Below, piece by piece: positions 27,151 to 37,110 of a stretch of 64,000 nt of DNA (position 1 is the first letter of the stretch; each line of letters begins with the position of its first letter). The stretch spans positions 11,710 to 75,709 of the forward strand of contig JBLIMJ010000003.1 of the NCBI GenBank assembly GCA_047638595.1, read 5' to 3'. Made by a program: the position numbers and the translations under genes. The notes beneath the pieces are model-generated. The model was not told where the DNA came from. It saw only the letters and a program-made list of their open reading frames with translations, and did no database searches. Origin of the DNA: Acidimicrobiales bacterium. Its GTDB lineage: Bacteria > Patescibacteriota > Minisyncoccia > Phycocordibacterales > UBA918.

Positions 27151-27178
27151 CAAAAATCCGGCGTATGCCGGATTTTTG
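27151..27178. terminator. Bidirectional terminator
   Basis: CAAAAATCCGGC-GTAT-GCCGGATTTTTG. Confidence 0.7.
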
Positions 27179-27196
27179 TGGATTATTCTGATTCGT

Positions 27197-27502
27197 TTAT
27201 TTTTCTTCTTTGGTTTCTACGGTTGGAGCTGCTGAAACAGCTTCTGCTTCAGAAGGTGCAATTGATTCAGCTTGTGAGCTGATTACATCCTTTTTAGCCT
27301 GCATACGAGCATCTCGTTTTGCTTTCTGGCCCGCTAAATCCATTACCTGTCGTCCTTTGTAAAAACCACATTGTAAACACATGTGATGTGGTCGGTGTTC
27401 AGCTCCACAATTCTTACACACAGACAAGGTCGGTGCAGTAAGCGCGTGGTGTGAACGGCGGTTCTTTGTATGAGCCCGCGTATGTCGCATTCGAATTACC
27501 AT
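27197..27502 (-). CDS. rpmF: 50S ribosomal protein L32 with extended C-terminal tail
   Basis: '[39 protein letters not shown]' is the L32 zinc-ribbon core. Confidence 0.85.
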   Translation of the reverse strand: MVIRMRHTRAHTKNRRSHHALTAPTLSVCKNCGAEHRPHHMCLQCGFYKGRQVMDLAGQKAKRDARMQAKKDVISSQAESIAPSEAEAVSAAPTVETKEEK

Positions 27503-27554
27503 AAGATTTGTTACTTAGTGGGCAGAACTATAGCAAATATAGAGAAATATGCAA

Positions 27555-27585
27555 TAGAAAAGGCGGGTCAAGGTGACCCGCCTTC
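27555..27585 (-). terminator. Intrinsic terminator
   Basis: GGCGGGTCA-AGG-TGACCCGCC followed by TTTTCTATT on the minus strand. Confidence 0.6.
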
Positions 27586-27629
27586 AAAGCTCACATCAAC
27601 GGCTGAGCTTTGTTAGTGCAACGTAGCGA

Positions 27630-27842
27630 TTACATCGATTTGAATTCTTTACATGTTTGCCGTACAGCTGTGAGGCCTGGTCTAATACAACACTTAATAT
27701 GTGTCGGTCCGTATTCAGAACCATTATCAAACCTATGTGGTCGTGTGCTTCTGTATTTTTTACAGCTGATGCAGCAAGGCTGCTTCTTTTGAATCAAATT
27801 CGTGTCACTGACTACTTCTTCTTTTTTTTCTTCTAGTCTCAT
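27630..27842 (-). CDS. Hypothetical Cys-rich small protein (70 aa), upstream of rpmF where YceD/DUF177 usually sits
   Basis: 'CCISCKK...CC' cysteine pairs. Terminator downstream. Confidence 0.4.
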   Translation of the reverse strand: MRLEEKKEEVVSDTNLIQKKQPCCISCKKYRSTRPHRFDNGSEYGPTHIKCCIRPGLTAVRQTCKEFKSM

Positions 27843-27908
27843 CCCAACCCCGTTTCAGTATAAATTTGCAAGGAAGTGTTGGTGAAATCTATCAGAATGT
27901 TTTTTATA

Positions 27909-28538
27909 CTACAACAGAATTATATTTTTGCAATAGCTTTTTCGGTGTTCTGAGGATAATCCGTTCTGAGCAATCGATTCTCTATGAGCTTTCGTTCCAT
28001 AGCCTTTATGAGTAGCAAACATATACGGTGCGAATTTTGGTTGTGCAGAAATGCGTACCATATACCGATCACGTGTCACCTTTGCCATAATTGATGCAAG
28101 CCCAATTACCTTTTCCTTCGAATCACCTTTAATGATTGTTTCTTGGTGGGTAAATTCTTTAGGAGCTTTTAATCCTCCGTCTAACTTAACGGTATAGGCA
28201 TCATACTCAATACCGCAATTAACAGGGTCGCTAACGACGCTGTTAATTGCGGAATACATTGCCTTGGTTACCGAAGCTACAATTCGTATCTCATCTATCT
28301 CTATGGCGGATACCATTTCAACTGCGTAGGTTAATTTTCCTTCACTTTTCAATTGTGTTGCAATCTCAAAGATTACTTCCCGTTTCTTCTCAGTGAGCTT
28401 CTTACTATCATTTACACCTGGTATCTGCTCCCAGTCAAAATCAAAAGGGACCATTGCCACCCCAACAGACACTGGGCCTGCCAGAGGGCCACGACCTGCT
28501 TCGTCTATCCCTATGGTGTATTTAGAATTCATTGACAT
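27909..28538 (-). CDS. rnhB: Ribonuclease HII
   Basis: 'IGIDEAGRGPLAGPV' N-terminal catalytic motif. Confidence 0.92.
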   Translation of the reverse strand: MSMNSKYTIGIDEAGRGPLAGPVSVGVAMVPFDFDWEQIPGVNDSKKLTEKKREVIFEIATQLKSEGKLTYAVEMVSAIEIDEIRIVASVTKAMYSAINSVVSDPVNCGIEYDAYTVKLDGGLKAPKEFTHQETIIKGDSKEKVIGLASIMAKVTRDRYMVRISAQPKFAPYMFATHKGYGTKAHRESIAQNGLSSEHRKSYCKNIILL

Positions 28539-28598
28539 AGTGTAACAAATCTATCCACATGTAAGACAAAACAATTCTTTTGGTATACTTACACAACT

Positions 28599-31500
28599 AT
28601 GTCAGAACCTCAGGAAACACCTATGAAAAAAGCGGAATTTGTGCACTTGCACACACACTCAATGTATTCGCTTCTCAATGCAGTCCCGACACCTAAAGAA
28701 CTCGTAAAAGCTGCTCAGGAAGACGGGCAACATGCAATGGCTATTACTGACGCAGGTGCCTTATACGGTGCTATAGACTTCTATATTCAGTGTCAAAAAG
28801 CGGGCATAAAACCCATTATAGGCATTGATGCTTTTTTGGCGCCACGTACACGGTTTGATAAAGAAATGATGGACCGTCCTCGTGCTCGACTAGTGCTCTT
28901 GGCTAAAAATAACATTGGGTACAAGAACCTCATTAAGATGGTCACTATCTCAAACACTGAAGGTTTCTACTACCGAGCACGTATGGACCATGAGCTTCTG
29001 AAAGAAAACAGTGAGGGACTGATTTGTATTATTCCTTCATTTGCAGGAGAGACCGTGCAGCATCTGAAAAATAACGACCTTGAAAAAGCTGAGGCTTCTC
29101 TTGCATGGTACAAAGAAATCTACGGGGAAAATCTCTATCATGAAATCACACACCATCATGAAATTCTTGATCATTCTGAACTGCAGGAAAAAATAAAGAC
29201 CCTCGCGCAAAAAGGCGACGTTCCCTTGGTGGCTGCACAAGACGTCTACTACATGCACAAAGATGATTCAGTGATACGAGCATTGATGATGAAAATCCAA
29301 AGTGGCGGTGTCATTGATCCTGACGAAGCGCGGAGTGAAGATTTTTCTTTCAAGACGCAAGAAGAAATGAAGGAGGCTTTTAAAGACACTCCAGAAGCAA
29401 TCGAAAATACTGTTAAAATTGCTGAACAATGCAATGTAGAAATTGTACTCGGACAGGAAGCCTGGAAATTTCCTGACTACAAAATAAAAAGTGGCAAAAA
29501 CTCAGACGATGAACTTCATGAAATGGCCTATGATGGAGTAACGTGGCGTGGCCACGACATCGAAGATCCTGTCATTAAAAAACGAATCGACTACGAACTG
29601 GAAGTTATTAAGACAAAGGGCTATTCAACATACTTTCTTGCAGTAGGTGACTTACTTCGTGAAGCACGTGAACGAGGAATCTACACTACTATTCGTGGTT
29701 CTGTTGCGGGCTCGTACGCAACGTACGTACTTGGAATTACAAACGTGGACCCATTAGAGTACAAACTCCCCTTCGAACGATTCTTAAACCCTGAACGACC
29801 ATCTGCCCCTGATATTGATATGGACTTCGCCGACAATCGGCGTGACGAGATTATTGAATACGCAAAAGAAAAGTACGGTGCTGATAAAGTTGCACAAATT
29901 GGAACGTTTGGAACGATGATGGCACGTGCGGCAGTAAAGGACGTTGCACGTGCACTAGGACATCCATACTCCACAGGTGATCGTATCTCAAAGCTTATTC
30001 CTATGGGAAGTCAGGGATTCGCCATGACTATTGACAAGGCCATGGAGATAGAACCTGATCTTGCAAAACTATACAAGCAAGACAGCGAATCAAGGCAGGT
30101 AATCGATCTGGCAAAACGCATAGAAGGACGTGTACGACATATGGGTGTACACGCTGCGGGTGTAGTAATTGCACCGGAGCCATTAAACAACTTTGTGCCT
30201 ATTCAGGTTGACTCAAAAACGGGTAAACATGTCACGCAATACGAAATGCACTCTGTAGGTGAAGATGGTGTAGGACTTTTGAAGTTTGACTTCCTTGGTA
30301 TTAAAAACCTTGCTATTCTTGCTGATGCAGTAAAGCGGGTGAAGAAAATACACGACGCTGATGTTGATATTGAAAATATACCTGTTGATGATCAGAAGAC
30401 TTTCAACATGCTTGCCAAAGGTGAAACCGTAGGACTGTTTCAACTCAATGGTACGGGCATGACCTCGTTCCTAAAGCAACTCCAGCCAAGTACTATCCAC
30501 GATATAAATGCGATGGTAGCGTTGTATCGTCCTGGTCCGATGGAATCTATTCCTGACTACATCGAACGAAAGCATAACGCATCGCTTATCACCTACCTTG
30601 ATCCTCGTCTGGAAAAAATTCTTGATCGATCTTACGGAGTAATCACCTATCAAGATGACGTGATGATGATTTCAATTGCACTTGCAGGGTATTCTTGGTT
30701 AGATGCTGACAAGCTGCGTAAAGCTATGGGGAAGAAAATTCCTGAGGTAATGGAAGCTGAAAAAGCCAAGCTTATGGATGGCTTCCGTGACTACGGAAAG
30801 CTTAATCCTTCCGTTTCAGACAAGCTTTGGGCACTGATTGAGCCTTTTGCCGCATATGGATTTAACAAGGCTCACGCGGCATCCTACGGCCGTGTAGCGT
30901 ACCAAACAGCCTATATGAAGGCTAACTATCCTCCTGAATACATGGCCGCCGTGCTTACTGCAGACTCAGGTGATACTGAAAAAATTTCTGAGATTATTCA
31001 CGAGTGTGAGCGGATGGGTTTGGAAGTACTCCCCCCTGACATTAACGAGAGTTTCGCACCGTTTTCAGTGGTGCCGGCTAAGGGTGGTGCCTCTGCCAAG
31101 ATTCGCTTTGGTCTGACAACCATTAAAAACTTTGGGGAAGGTATTGCCAAGGCAATTATCGAAGAGCGAAAAGAGAATGGTGATTTCCAATCACTTACTG
31201 ACCTCCTGACTCGTGTGCACGACAAAAATCTCAATAAGAAATCAATCGAGGCATTGATTATGACGGGGGCACTAGATCGATTTGAAGAGCGTGGAAAAAT
31301 GCAGGCGAATGTAGGAAACCTTCTTGCATTTAACAAAGAACAAGTAGCTGGTATAGCTGCAAGTCAAGACTCACTTTTTGGCGGTTTGGATACTGCTATT
31401 AATGAACTGACACTCCATGACACAGAACCTGCTGGTAAAGAACAGAAGTTACTTTGGGAAAAAGAATTACTCGGTGTATATGTCTCAGGGCACCCATTGG

Positions 31501-31850
31501 ATCAGTTCAAAGATGAACTGGCGAAACGTGGAGACCTCAGCAACATCAAAGCTGATGGTCGTAATGGTATTCCAGTGGTGACCGCTGGTATGATTGAGTC
31601 GGTAAAAGAACTACTTACCAAAAAAGGTGACCATATGGCTTTTGTAAAGCTTGGGAATCTTACCGACAGTATCGAAATGGTGACCTTCCCTGAGGTCTAC
31701 AACACCTACAAAGAACTTCTTGTTCCTGGCACTTGTGTAGCGATTAAAGGTAAACTCAGTATTCGTAACGATGAGCCCAGTGTCTTAGTCGACAAGATAA
31801 AAGGTCTCGCTCCAAAAGAAGAAAATTCTGAAACACCCGTTATCAGTTGA
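28599..31850 (+). CDS. dnaE: DNA polymerase III alpha subunit
   Basis: 1083 aa. PHP domain 'FVHLHTHSMYSLLNAV' and palm/fingers blocks. Confidence 0.95.
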   Translation: MSEPQETPMKKAEFVHLHTHSMYSLLNAVPTPKELVKAAQEDGQHAMAITDAGALYGAIDFYIQCQKAGIKPIIGIDAFLAPRTRFDKEMMDRPRARLVLLAKNNIGYKNLIKMVTISNTEGFYYRARMDHELLKENSEGLICIIPSFAGETVQHLKNNDLEKAEASLAWYKEIYGENLYHEITHHHEILDHSELQEKIKTLAQKGDVPLVAAQDVYYMHKDDSVIRALMMKIQSGGVIDPDEARSEDFSFKTQEEMKEAFKDTPEAIENTVKIAEQCNVEIVLGQEAWKFPDYKIKSGKNSDDELHEMAYDGVTWRGHDIEDPVIKKRIDYELEVIKTKGYSTYFLAVGDLLREARERGIYTTIRGSVAGSYATYVLGITNVDPLEYKLPFERFLNPERPSAPDIDMDFADNRRDEIIEYAKEKYGADKVAQIGTFGTMMARAAVKDVARALGHPYSTGDRISKLIPMGSQGFAMTIDKAMEIEPDLAKLYKQDSESRQVIDLAKRIEGRVRHMGVHAAGVVIAPEPLNNFVPIQVDSKTGKHVTQYEMHSVGEDGVGLLKFDFLGIKNLAILADAVKRVKKIHDADVDIENIPVDDQKTFNMLAKGETVGLFQLNGTGMTSFLKQLQPSTIHDINAMVALYRPGPMESIPDYIERKHNASLITYLDPRLEKILDRSYGVITYQDDVMMISIALAGYSWLDADKLRKAMGKKIPEVMEAEKAKLMDGFRDYGKLNPSVSDKLWALIEPFAAYGFNKAHAASYGRVAYQTAYMKANYPPEYMAAVLTADSGDTEKISEIIHECERMGLEVLPPDINESFAPFSVVPAKGGASAKIRFGLTTIKNFGEGIAKAIIEERKENGDFQSLTDLLTRVHDKNLNKKSIEALIMTGALDRFEERGKMQANVGNLLAFNKEQVAGIAASQDSLFGGLDTAINELTLHDTEPAGKEQKLLWEKELLGVYVSGHPLDQFKDELAKRGDLSNIKADGRNGIPVVTAGMIESVKELLTKKGDHMAFVKLGNLTDSIEMVTFPEVYNTYKELLVPGTCVAIKGKLSIRNDEPSVLVDKIKGLAPKEENSETPVIS

Positions 31851-31906
31851 TACAAATCAAATAACAAGACAATACTGTATATTGGAACAACAAAGGAGAT
31901 GTCCAT

Positions 31907-32203
31907 ATGAGACTAGAAGTAACGCACGACTTCAGTTCAAGAGTAATGAGCGTAGCACGGTACCTTGTCTTGGACCCTGATCGACACGCAGGAGAGAGAC
32001 TGACTCAATCTCTTGACCAACTTGAGAAGCTTCGTTCGCATATGGAAGCTATGGCAGATAAGGTACCCGGTGAGAACTTTATAAAAACAAGCATGGACCA
32101 ACAAGGATTACAATTCTGTGTGAAATTCGGTACTTCAAAAGGTGGCAAACGATTTGATTTCAGAAGTTTTTGCGGCTGGGTTGAATTATGTGACATGGAA
32201 TGA
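31907..32203 (+). CDS. Hypothetical protein (98 aa)
   Basis: AAAGGAG SD 8 nt upstream. Followed by a terminator at 32219-32258. Confidence 0.4.
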   Translation: MRLEVTHDFSSRVMSVARYLVLDPDRHAGERLTQSLDQLEKLRSHMEAMADKVPGENFIKTSMDQQGLQFCVKFGTSKGGKRFDFRSFCGWVELCDME

Positions 32204-32218
32204 ACAAACTGTAAATTA

Positions 32219-32258
32219 CCGCGCCCTATCTTTTAAGGGTGCGGTTTTTATCTGTTTG
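32219..32258 (+). terminator. Intrinsic terminator (9-bp stem with one G-U pair, plus TTTTTATCTGTTTG)
   Basis: CCGCGCCCT-ATCTTTTA-AGGGTGCGG then T-tract. Confidence 0.6.
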
Positions 32259-32285
32259 ACAACCCGCCCATCAAAACGCTACTAT
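32256..32285 (+). promoter_or_regulatory. Candidate sigma-70 promoter for the thrS leader
   Basis: TTGACA - 18 nt - TACTAT. Confidence 0.45.
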
Positions 32286-32289
32286 AGGA

Positions 32290-32555
32290 ACCAATCAGAG
32301 ATTGCAATGTCCACCAAACACTGTCGTAATTACGAACGTAATTACGAACGTAATTACGTCCAATCTGATACAAAAAGAGTTGTATAGAATACTATACAGA
32401 ATGCCCGGTGGAACCGCGGATGAGGTCTAGCCTCAATCGTCCGAGCGAACACATGAACTTTCGTGTAGTCGCTTGGGCGATTTCTTATACATTCACCATT
32501 AATTACATTTCCAGTAAGGGGTACTACCCCCATACTGGAGTTAAACACTTATTTT
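32290..32555 (+). promoter_or_regulatory. T-box-like leader upstream of thrS (T-box sequence plus terminator/antiterminator)
   Basis: GGTGGAACCGCGG (32407-32419) matches the T-box consensus GGGUGGNACCGCG. A 13-bp-stem terminator (32436-32481) plus TTCTTAT follows. 'CCACCAAAC' is a possible ACC (Thr) specifier. Stem I was not resolved by eye. Confidence 0.5.
32325..32358 (+). repeat. Tandem repeat (CGTAATTACGAA) x2.8 inside the thrS leader
   Basis: Each unit contains the palindrome CGTAATTACG. Confidence 0.8.
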
Positions 32556-34316
32556 ATGAGTTCGGACAATCAACAACTAGCTAATAAACGACATACATTG
32601 GCCCACCTGCTTGCGGCTGCGGTTTTACAGGAATATCCACATGCAATCCTTACCCTTGGGCCGGCTATTGATAATGGTTTCTATTACGATATCGACTTCT
32701 CGGCAGGTAACGCTCCTGGTGATGATAACTTGAAGAGTATCCAGAAGACGATGAAGAAGACATTAAATACTTGGAAAGAATTTTCACACAAGGAAGTTTC
32801 TGCAGATGAAGCTCGCGCAGCTTTTGAAGGTAACCAATTCAAGCTTGAGCTTATAGATGAGATTGAAGCAAAAGGTGAAGCAATTACCCTCTATACTATT
32901 GGCGAAGGTAAGGCTGAATTCACTGACCTCTGTCGTGGTGGGCATACTGAAAATCCCTCAGAGGAAATTGCCGCTGACGCGTTTAAGCTCGACAAAATTG
33001 CTGGTGCGTACTGGCGTGGTGATGAAAAGAATCCAATGCTTACACGTATCTACGGACTAGCGTTCGACACCAAGGAAGAACTCATGGCGTACGAACAGCA
33101 ACGTACTGAGGCTATAAAGCGTGACCACAGGAAGTATGCAAAGGAACATGACTTGTTGGTTTTCTCTGACCTTGTTGGTTCTGGGATGCCTATGTGGACA
33201 CCAAAAGGAAATATCCTTCGCAATGCAGTTATAGACTATTCACGTGAGCTGAACAAAAAACTTGAATTTGGCGAAGTACATACTCCAAATCTCAACAAAG
33301 CTGAACTGTTCAAATGTTCAGGACACTACGATCAATATAAAGACGACATGATGCAAGTGAAGTCACAGTACGTAAAAGACGAGATGTTTCTAAAACCAAT
33401 GAACTGTCCACAGCATACCCAGATTTATGACAGTCAACCACGTAGCTATAAAGATTTACCGATTCGCTATGCTGATTTTGCTAACCTCTACAGAGATGAA
33501 CGTCCAGGGGAGCTTTCTGGCTTAACTCGACTACGCGCCTTTGCACAGGACGATGGGCATGTTTTCTGTCGAGAAGCGCAAGTAAAGGAAGAGCTCGTTA
33601 AGATATTAGATGTTGTAAAAGAAGCTCTAGAACGATACGGTGTTAGCAACTGGATTCGACTATCACTTCACGACCCTGAAAATCGAGAAAAGTACCTTGG
33701 TGATGATGACTTATGGGAGCGTTCTGAACAAGAACTCCGAGATGTGATATCTGAAGCTGGTATTGATTACAAAGAAGTTGCAGGTGAAGCTGCTTTTTAT
33801 GGACCAAAGCTAGATATTATTGCAGTCGACGCACTGGGTCGAGAATGGCAGATTTCAACCATTCAGGTTGACCGCGTCCAACCTGAACGATTCGATTTGA
33901 CCTGTATCAATGAACTGGGAGAGAAAGAGCGTGTAGTAATGATTCATCGCGCTTTAATTGGATCACCAGACCGATTCATCGGAATCTTGATTGAACATTA
34001 TGCAGGAAACTTCCCTCTCTGGCTGTCACCTGTGCAGCTTGCCATCATTCCCGTAGCTGACGTCCATAATGAATACGCAAAAAGTGTCTATGACACATTG
34101 AAACAAGCAGGGTTCCGTGTGGAACTAGATGATGAAAATGAGTCCATGGGAAAGAAAATCCGTAATGCAAAAAAGAATAAACTTCCCTACTTCATTGTTA
34201 TTGGAGACCAAGAAGTTGAAGGAAAAACGGTCACCCTTGAGTCTCGTGATACTGAAAGTAATGAGACGCTTTCGATAGAAAACTTACTTTCAAAACTTAC
34301 CGAAGAATCTAAATAA
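32556..34316 (+). CDS. thrS: Threonyl-tRNA synthetase (lacks N-terminal TGS domain)
   Basis: Editing-domain HxxxH ('HTLAHLLAA'), class II catalytic core and anticodon-binding domain. 586 aa. Confidence 0.92.
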   Translation: MSSDNQQLANKRHTLAHLLAAAVLQEYPHAILTLGPAIDNGFYYDIDFSAGNAPGDDNLKSIQKTMKKTLNTWKEFSHKEVSADEARAAFEGNQFKLELIDEIEAKGEAITLYTIGEGKAEFTDLCRGGHTENPSEEIAADAFKLDKIAGAYWRGDEKNPMLTRIYGLAFDTKEELMAYEQQRTEAIKRDHRKYAKEHDLLVFSDLVGSGMPMWTPKGNILRNAVIDYSRELNKKLEFGEVHTPNLNKAELFKCSGHYDQYKDDMMQVKSQYVKDEMFLKPMNCPQHTQIYDSQPRSYKDLPIRYADFANLYRDERPGELSGLTRLRAFAQDDGHVFCREAQVKEELVKILDVVKEALERYGVSNWIRLSLHDPENREKYLGDDDLWERSEQELRDVISEAGIDYKEVAGEAAFYGPKLDIIAVDALGREWQISTIQVDRVQPERFDLTCINELGEKERVVMIHRALIGSPDRFIGILIEHYAGNFPLWLSPVQLAIIPVADVHNEYAKSVYDTLKQAGFRVELDDENESMGKKIRNAKKNKLPYFIVIGDQEVEGKTVTLESRDTESNETLSIENLLSKLTEESK

Positions 34317-34470
34317 CGATAAACCCATAATAATACTAGTCACTTGACGTACTTTGCGTACAGTGGCTATTATTTTGCATAAAATTATTTTCTTTGGTAT
34401 TGTCTGAATAGATGCATCATTATCAGCACTCATGCTCCAAAAAGCTGCAACGAACAGAAAGGGATTATCG

Positions 34471-34719
34471 ATGGCAGAAATAAGCGATCCAATTAAAATT
34501 AATGGGGTACCGCGCAGTGTGATAAACAAAGCAAAGAAACTAGCAAAAAACAACATCTGCAAAATACCTTGTGAGCACATCTCTGGAGTTTCTATTGGGG
34601 ATGACATCATGATTATCGTTCTGAACGGTGATGAGGATATCCCAGGACACTCTCTGCGAGGTGTGGTTCAAAAGATTACGTGGTGGAACGTAATAATCGA
34701 ACTAGCTCGCAACACTTAA
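34471..34719 (+). CDS. Hypothetical small protein (82 aa)
   Basis: Internal ATG 34471 with AAAGGGA SD-like sequence. Followed by two terminator hairpins. The ORF track starts at 34432. Confidence 0.35.
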   Translation: MAEISDPIKINGVPRSVINKAKKLAKNNICKIPCEHISGVSIGDDIMIIVLNGDEDIPGHSLRGVVQKITWWNVIIELARNT

Positions 34720-34743
34720 CCAACCCACAGCAGCGTCTGCTCT

Positions 34744-34821
34744 GTGGGCCTGTTTGTGCATGAAACACGAAAAAACTCACCCTAGGGTGAGTTTTTTCGT
34801 GTCATCAATTTTATGAGAAGA
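34744..34821. terminator. Two adjacent terminator hairpins (convergent)
   Basis: CCCACAGCAGCGTCTGCTCTGTGGG and CACGAAAAAACTCACCC-TA-GGGTGAGTTTTTTCGTG. Confidence 0.7.
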
Positions 34822-34826
34822 CTCTT

Positions 34827-37010
34827 TTATGAAACAGCTTTCACTGCTTTCATAATTGCCATTTTGACAGCTGATGCTTCATCAGTATATGTACCGTCAA
34901 GTGCACCAGTGAGTGCCATAATAGCTTCTTCAAGTTGTTCACTTGAGATAGATAATACCGCAGTAGTAAGCATGTTTGATACCAGCACCTCTTCTCCTTT
35001 ACGAGATCGGTACACTGCATCAAGGTCAGCTGCCGCGTCAGCAAGTGCAATCATTGGGCGATGAGCAATCAATTGATATGCTGCAACGATATTCCCTGTA
35101 GTAATTGCTTCTGCAAGAGAACCTGCTGTTACTACTTCCGTTTGGGTTTCAACTTCTTGTTCTGCAGCATCATCAGTGACAAGTGATTCCATGCGTGCAA
35201 GATTTAATACCATCCAACCACCTTCACTTGGGAATAGTGTCTTTGCTTGCGCTAATACTGCATCAAGTTTTTCATTTCGTGTTTCTCCAGCTTCCGTTGC
35301 ATTCATGAAGAATCGCATCGCATCACTTGAAAGAAGTGCCTTTTGTGCATGTGCACGATTTTCTAATTCTGACATTTCAATTGACTCATCAGTTTCATCA
35401 CCAATTGTTTCTTCGGCTGCTGCATATTCTACTACAGGAGTTGTAATGGGAAAATCTACAGGTACTGCTTCTGCTACTGCAGAATGTACGTAGTTTTCTG
35501 CTTCTGACTGCATAGAATCATCAGATGCTTCTATACCCATATCTGTAAATGTTGTATGTTCGTGCGCACCTGCTAATGATATTCCTCCAATTGAATCTCG
35601 ACGAACAACTAATACATATGATACAAACAATCCCCAAATAGTTAGTATTGTGTAGAAAATGAGGGTCAGTGCAGGGCCAGCTTCAAAACCAGTATATGGT
35701 ACTTGTGTAAGTGAGATACCTGCAACAAGTGGATCATGTGTACGTGCTTCAAGGACCGTCACCTGATTTTCAACGTCAACTTCTACTTCACATTCTTTTT
35801 CCCTAGTACCTCGCTTTGAAAGTAAAGTGTATTTTGTATCTTTGGTAGGCTTTAATTTCATTGAACCGTCAAATTCAGAACTTTTTTTAGTATCAACTAA
35901 TACATTTCCATGGTTATCAGTAAGCTTTACTTCTTTTGCTCGTGAAGTGTCCCATGTAAGAGTAATAGTTTCTCCTTTTTTGATTTTACTATCAGAGATA
36001 TCAAGATCACAGCGTGGCGTTGAGGATCCTCCACCACCTCCTCCTCCGGTTGCTACATCGATAGATAGAGGGCATTCAATTGAGTCACTTCCTGAATATG
36101 CAGTGAGTATGTAAGTAGCATCAGCTCCAACACGCACTGTCTCAGTATCAGAAAGATTAGTAGAAGCAACTCCATTAATTGAAATAGAATCAATGTCTGT
36201 AGTAGTCCATGTTAGGGTAACGTCTCCACCACCTGTTGGAAGTGCATAATCGCTAGAAGCGAACGTTACGTTGTTAGCACAGGTGAATATTTCTGGATTT
36301 GCAACGGTAATAGTGAGTGGACAAGTCACATCAGCAAAGCCTACTTTGGATGCGGTAAGAATATAAGTAATTGTGTTCGCTACATTCACACTTGTAGAAC
36401 CATCTTCTGCAACCGTACCAACACTGTTGTTGATTGAGACACTGTCAGCATCTGTTGTTGTCCAAGTCAGAGTTGCTGCCCCTCCTCCAGCCGGCAAGGA
36501 GGTAGGTGAAGCTGTAAATGAATCACAACTAGGGGCAGAAGATATTTCCACAACATCAATTGGAGCTGAACAAGTTACAGAACCAACAGTGTTGGTTACT
36601 GTTAAGGTGTAGGTAATGTCAGCAGTTACAGTAACTGCTGCTGAACCATTAACAGCCACAGATCCAACTCCATTGTCGATTGATGTTGTATCTGCATTTG
36701 TAGTGGTCCACGATAGAGTTGACGCCCCACCACCAACAGGTAGTGACGACGGTGATGCTGTAAATGCGCTACAGGTAGGTAACGGGTCGGGTGTGGGATC
36801 AGGAGTTGGATCAGGAGTTGGATCAGGGTCTCCACAACCACCACAGCCACCATCATCTCCACCTCCACCGTCACCATCACCACCGCCAAATGCGGAAACA
36901 ACAGACATGTCGAGTGCAAAGTTATTCGAAAATAGCACTGGCGTTGCAAATGCAAGGACAGCAAAAACAGTAGCAATAAGCAGTCCTGTAGTAATATTTT
37001 TTGTAAACAT
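34827..37010 (-). CDS. Large surface protein: signal peptide, G/D-rich and (DPTP)n linker, four tandem Ig-like repeats, TM helix, C-terminal cytoplasmic domain
   Basis: Start taken at ATG 37010 ('MFTKNITTGLLIATVFAVLAFATPVLFS'). Four ~90-aa repeats each begin with Cys ('C.AFTASPSSLP.GGGA.TL.WTTT.AD..SI'). 'VPYTGFEAGPALTLIFYTILTIWGLFVSYVLVVRRD' looks like a sorting signal, but ~270 aa follow it. Confidence 0.75.
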   Translation of the reverse strand: MFTKNITTGLLIATVFAVLAFATPVLFSNNFALDMSVVSAFGGGDGDGGGGDDGGCGGCGDPDPTPDPTPDPTPDPLPTCSAFTASPSSLPVGGGASTLSWTTTNADTTSIDNGVGSVAVNGSAAVTVTADITYTLTVTNTVGSVTCSAPIDVVEISSAPSCDSFTASPTSLPAGGGAATLTWTTTDADSVSINNSVGTVAEDGSTSVNVANTITYILTASKVGFADVTCPLTITVANPEIFTCANNVTFASSDYALPTGGGDVTLTWTTTDIDSISINGVASTNLSDTETVRVGADATYILTAYSGSDSIECPLSIDVATGGGGGGGSSTPRCDLDISDSKIKKGETITLTWDTSRAKEVKLTDNHGNVLVDTKKSSEFDGSMKLKPTKDTKYTLLSKRGTREKECEVEVDVENQVTVLEARTHDPLVAGISLTQVPYTGFEAGPALTLIFYTILTIWGLFVSYVLVVRRDSIGGISLAGAHEHTTFTDMGIEASDDSMQSEAENYVHSAVAEAVPVDFPITTPVVEYAAAEETIGDETDESIEMSELENRAHAQKALLSSDAMRFFMNATEAGETRNEKLDAVLAQAKTLFPSEGGWMVLNLARMESLVTDDAAEQEVETQTEVVTAGSLAEAITTGNIVAAYQLIAHRPMIALADAAADLDAVYRSRKGEEVLVSNMLTTAVLSISSEQLEEAIMALTGALDGTYTDEASAVKMAIMKAVKAVS

Positions 37011-37110
37011 AAATAAGTATTTAATATAATTTAACCTCTGTATACTCTTACCTACACCAGTACGCAAGAATATTAGAAGTGGGAAGGCAAACTTGTTGCC
37101 TTCCCATGTT

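Noticed and set aside
31907-32555. Treating the whole 700-bp dnaE-thrS gap as the T-box leader.
   Set aside because: A terminator at 32219-32258 and a promoter at 32256-32285 split it. The upstream part more likely encodes a small SD-bearing ORF.
36616-37029. Plus-strand ORF with a striking (GSGV)n / proline-rich translation.
   Set aside because: It is the antisense reading of the G/D-rich and DPTP-linker region of the minus-strand surface protein gene, so it is not an independent gene.
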